A stretch of DNA of 64,000 bases from Chrysomallon squamiferum (lineage: Eukaryota > Animalia > Mollusca), in assembly GCA_012295275.1 (NCBI GenBank), contig CM022669.1, forward strand, positions 18,972,001 to 19,036,000, read 5' to 3'. A program made the translations under genes and the position numbers. Below are positions 60,650 through 64,000 of this stretch, in pieces (position 1 is the stretch's first letter; each line of letters opens with the position of its first letter). The notes beneath the pieces are model-generated. The model did no database searches. It saw only the letters and a list, made by a program, of their open reading frames with translations, and was not told where the DNA came from.

Positions 60650-63600
60650 ATGGGCAAGCTGAATATATTTATAATCGCCTTAGAAAATCCTCAAGGTGTA
60701 TATTCTCCTGGCCAATTAATGCGAGGTTATGTCACGATCGAACTAAATCAGGAAATGAAAATGAGAGGTGAGATATTTTCGTAATTAAAAAGATGACACT
60801 AAGCTTTCAGTAAACTTATATAGTTATATAGCTGAACACTGTTAATATCAGTTTAACATTATGAAACATGAACTTTTCCCACAGTGTCCACTTAAAACCA
60901 TATATTGTCATTAACACACTAGTCTGATTATATAACTGATTATATCATATATCATTATGTGCCTGAAACATATTTATAATACTATTACTATTACTTATTA
61001 GTAATTACATACATACTATATCATTTCAGTTTGCATGTACATGATGTTGTTTAATAAAATTTAATGTCAAAAAACGAAAAAAGAAGAAACTAAAAACAGT
61101 AAATGAAGCAGCAGCTTGAGCATAAGAAACAAGTGCATAAGAGACTTGTATGAACAATATGACATCCAGTAAATGAAATACATAATACAGCTTAGCTAAA
61201 TAATGAGTTGCAGCGGTTACTCCTACCTGTTTCATAAATGAAAAATGATATCAAACAGTAAAAAAAAAATCACCCCAAAACACCCCCAAAAAACAAACAA
61301 CAAACCATTTGTCAATAATAATACTAATAAAACTTAAAAGTGTTTTTTCAACCCTCATCCAGTCAATATACACCATTTATCATTTAATGTTTATTATGTC
61401 TCTGCATAACACAAGAAATAAATAATTGTTTCATTTTTATATATATATATATTATTTTTTATTATTATTAATAACAATAATATATCACTTTAAAATTATC
61501 ATGTCATTGCTGATCATTTTTCAAACTGCTGCTACCAATAATAATGATAATAATAATAATAAAAGAGTAAAAAATGTGTGTGTATAATAAATAAATAAAA
61601 AAGTGAGAAAAATGTATTATTTCATTCTGTAATTTATTATATATATATATATTATTCTTTATTTATTTATTTTCTCTTAAGGTATCCGTCTAAATTATAC
61701 AGGGACAGCTAACGTACATTGGACAGAAAGTCACAGTACAGGTTCAGGTAAAAATAGGCACACAGAAACAAGACATTACAATGCACATGAAAATTATTTT
61801 AATCAGGACATCCTTCTCTGTGGAAGATGTAAGTATATAGGGTATGGACGTGAATAAGTTTTGATATAATAAAAATATTCATATACGCTTAATTATATTA
61901 CTGTTATAATTAATTTCTACCAAAGGATGTTATAAGCATAAGAATTAATACACCACTACCTGGTCCCAAGTAAATAATTATTTTTCTAGTTCATGTATAT
62001 TTTTATTTATATATATATATATATTAAATGTTATGTTTTTACTTAATTTTCTGTTTATTTGTTTAAATTTTGCTTTGCTTTATTGATTTTGATTTTGCTT
62101 TATTGATTTTATTTTTATTTTTATTTTTCATAAACATTATTTTTGACAGGGCCAAATCAGAGTGGGCAGGATTTTGTGCTTCCGGTTGGTCGTCATAACT
62201 ATCCCTTTTCCTTCCAACTGCCTCCAATACTTCCGTCTTCTTTTGAAGGGAGCTGTGGTTATGTTCGATATTTTGTTAAAGGTATAATCGACAAGCCATG
62301 GAAGTTTGATCATACAACAAAACGACCATTTACCATCATATCTCACCTAGATTTGAACCAAGATCCTACAGCATCAGTAAGTACACATGAATAAACCATA
62401 CTTCATCAAAATTGTCATTTACATACAATATCATTTGTTTCTTTAAGTGGTGTGTGCACATATTTTTATGTATCTTATGTTGTTATTTTTTTATATGCAG
62501 TGAGGTAATTATTTATTGAATCTAATTGGTTCCAGAGCATCATTTGTTGTGTGGTTTGTTCTTTATAGGGTCCGTTGAAATGCATGTTATAAAGGGTAAT
62601 CTGTTCCTGACCCTCAAATATACCTCTTAAAAATGACAAATATAGTATAAAATAGTAAAATAAGTGTATTTAAACTGAACTGAAGAATATCATTAATACT
62701 TTATCTTACCTTACTGTTGTTGAGCTTGCATGAGAGGAGGGGAAGGAGAATACTACTGACAAGAGGTAGACAGACAGAAACCATCCTAGCCCTCCTTGGT
62801 GACTGTCCTACAGGTAGTTTGTCTGTAGGAGGTATTTTAAAGAAGGAATCCAGAGCTTCAACCTTGTTTTCTGGACCTTCCAAAATTGGGCCATCACTGT
62901 GTCATTAAAAATATTAAGGCCCATTTCTACAGCACCAACATCAGGATGATATTCCTTAACAGTTTTGAAAACTTTATTCCAGCACCAGAAAACATCTTTC
63001 ACCTCCTTGTCCTCATCCTCTCCTGACTCCTCAGAAATATTCTTCTGTGTTTGTTATGGGGACCTTTGTTCATTATGGGTTACCCCACTGTGTATATTTT
63101 TACTTCATATGTAAGTATGAACCAATTCTCATTGTGTGTCTTGCAAACAAGGTGGAAGGATTTTTCTTTCTTTAAATTGAACCATAGGTGATACAAAGAA
63201 ATAGTCTAAACACATTCTACATTCTCACATGCTTGGTACTGGGTTTTTATATTTTTTTATTTTTATTTTTATTTTTTTGTCATCAATCTTAATTAATAAT
63301 AAAAGAGTACAGTTACAGTTATCTGGGTGCTGTTATTTTTGTAGTTGTGACAGCACAACATGTGTGGACAGATCTGCTCTAAAATCTCTTCTGATATCAC
63401 AAGACATTCAGATATTAGTTTGCTAAGAATATTATGAAGTAATAAAATTGCAGTATTCAACATGATTGTTAACAGTAACAGGTCATCAAAAAAAGAAGAA
63501 AAAGAAAAGTAACATGGAAGTATAAACTTTGACAAAGTAGTGACACATTTTTAATCTAACATTATTTGTGTCTTACATATGAGTGAGAAATGTGCAGATT

Positions 63601-63927
63601 ATTTCAGAAAAAACCCATAACCATTATGCAATAGGAGATTCCAAACAAAGTACAGTTATTGCATTAACATAATTATTATTAGGAGCACTGTTAAAAAAAA
63701 TAAAAAGAAATAAAGAAATAAAATATATATATATGTTTTTGCAGCAACCAATGCAAGATCAATGTTCAAAGACACTGTGCTGTCTGTGCTGTGCCTCAGG
63801 ACCAATAACTGCCATTTTTAGACTTGACCGCCGGGGCTATGTTCCAGGGGAGGCAATCGGAATCAATGCTGAGGTTGACAACAAATCTAACAGGAAAATG
63901 GATTCCTCATTTGTTATTCTCAAATTG
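60650..63927 (+). CDS. Arrestin domain-containing protein (alpha-arrestin, ARRDC-like), 5' partial
   Basis: Exons 60650-60767, 61682-61828, 62150-62376, 63745-63927, phases consistent. VYSPGQLMRGYV, GTANVHWTE, GRHNYPFSFQLPPILPSSFEGSCGYVRY, LCCLCCASGPI, GYVPGEAI. Continues beyond the window. Confidence 0.95.
62700..63090 (-). mobile_element. Degenerate Tigger/pogo DNA-transposon remnant in ARRDC intron 3
   Basis: Minus-strand frames give acidic EESGEDEDKE then KEYHPDVGAVEMGLNIFNDTVMAQF, and after a frameshift LDSFFK, resembling the TIGD1/Tigger transposase C-terminus. TIR-like TACACAGTGGGGTAACCC near 63075-63092. Boundaries approximate. Confidence 0.7.
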
Positions 63928-64000
63928 GTATGTTTACAGTGTTTAAAAAACTTAAAATCTTGTGAATTTTTTTAACATTCTTACATATGAAAATATTCAA

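Overview
AT-rich, microsatellite-laden animal genomic DNA, probably a lophotrochozoan invertebrate such as a mollusc (inferred from gene content and composition). Most ORF-track entries are translated simple repeats; the real genes are spliced and were rebuilt by hand from splice sites and phases. In order: (1) the 3' end of a GnRH/AKH/corazonin-family GPCR (+), whose TM7 exon is followed by two paralogous, phase-compatible terminal exons; (2) DCAF12 (-, 9 coding exons); (3) a KIAA0825/DUF4495 homolog (-, 21 coding exons, one GC-AG intron, one apparent 1-nt frameshift); (4) head-to-head with it, a 7-exon prokaryote-like FAD oxidoreductase of the GlpA/LhgO/DAO family (+); (5) a ~1000-aa LxxLL- and SUMO-motif-rich C2H2 zinc-finger protein (-), with spliced uORFs and nuclear-receptor DR1 motifs around its first exon; (6) the 5' part of an alpha-arrestin/ARRDC gene (+) with an intronic Tigger/pogo remnant. 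Two MITEs and several local duplications are present. No rRNA, tRNA or CRISPR features were seen. Family calls rest on recalled motifs, not database searches.
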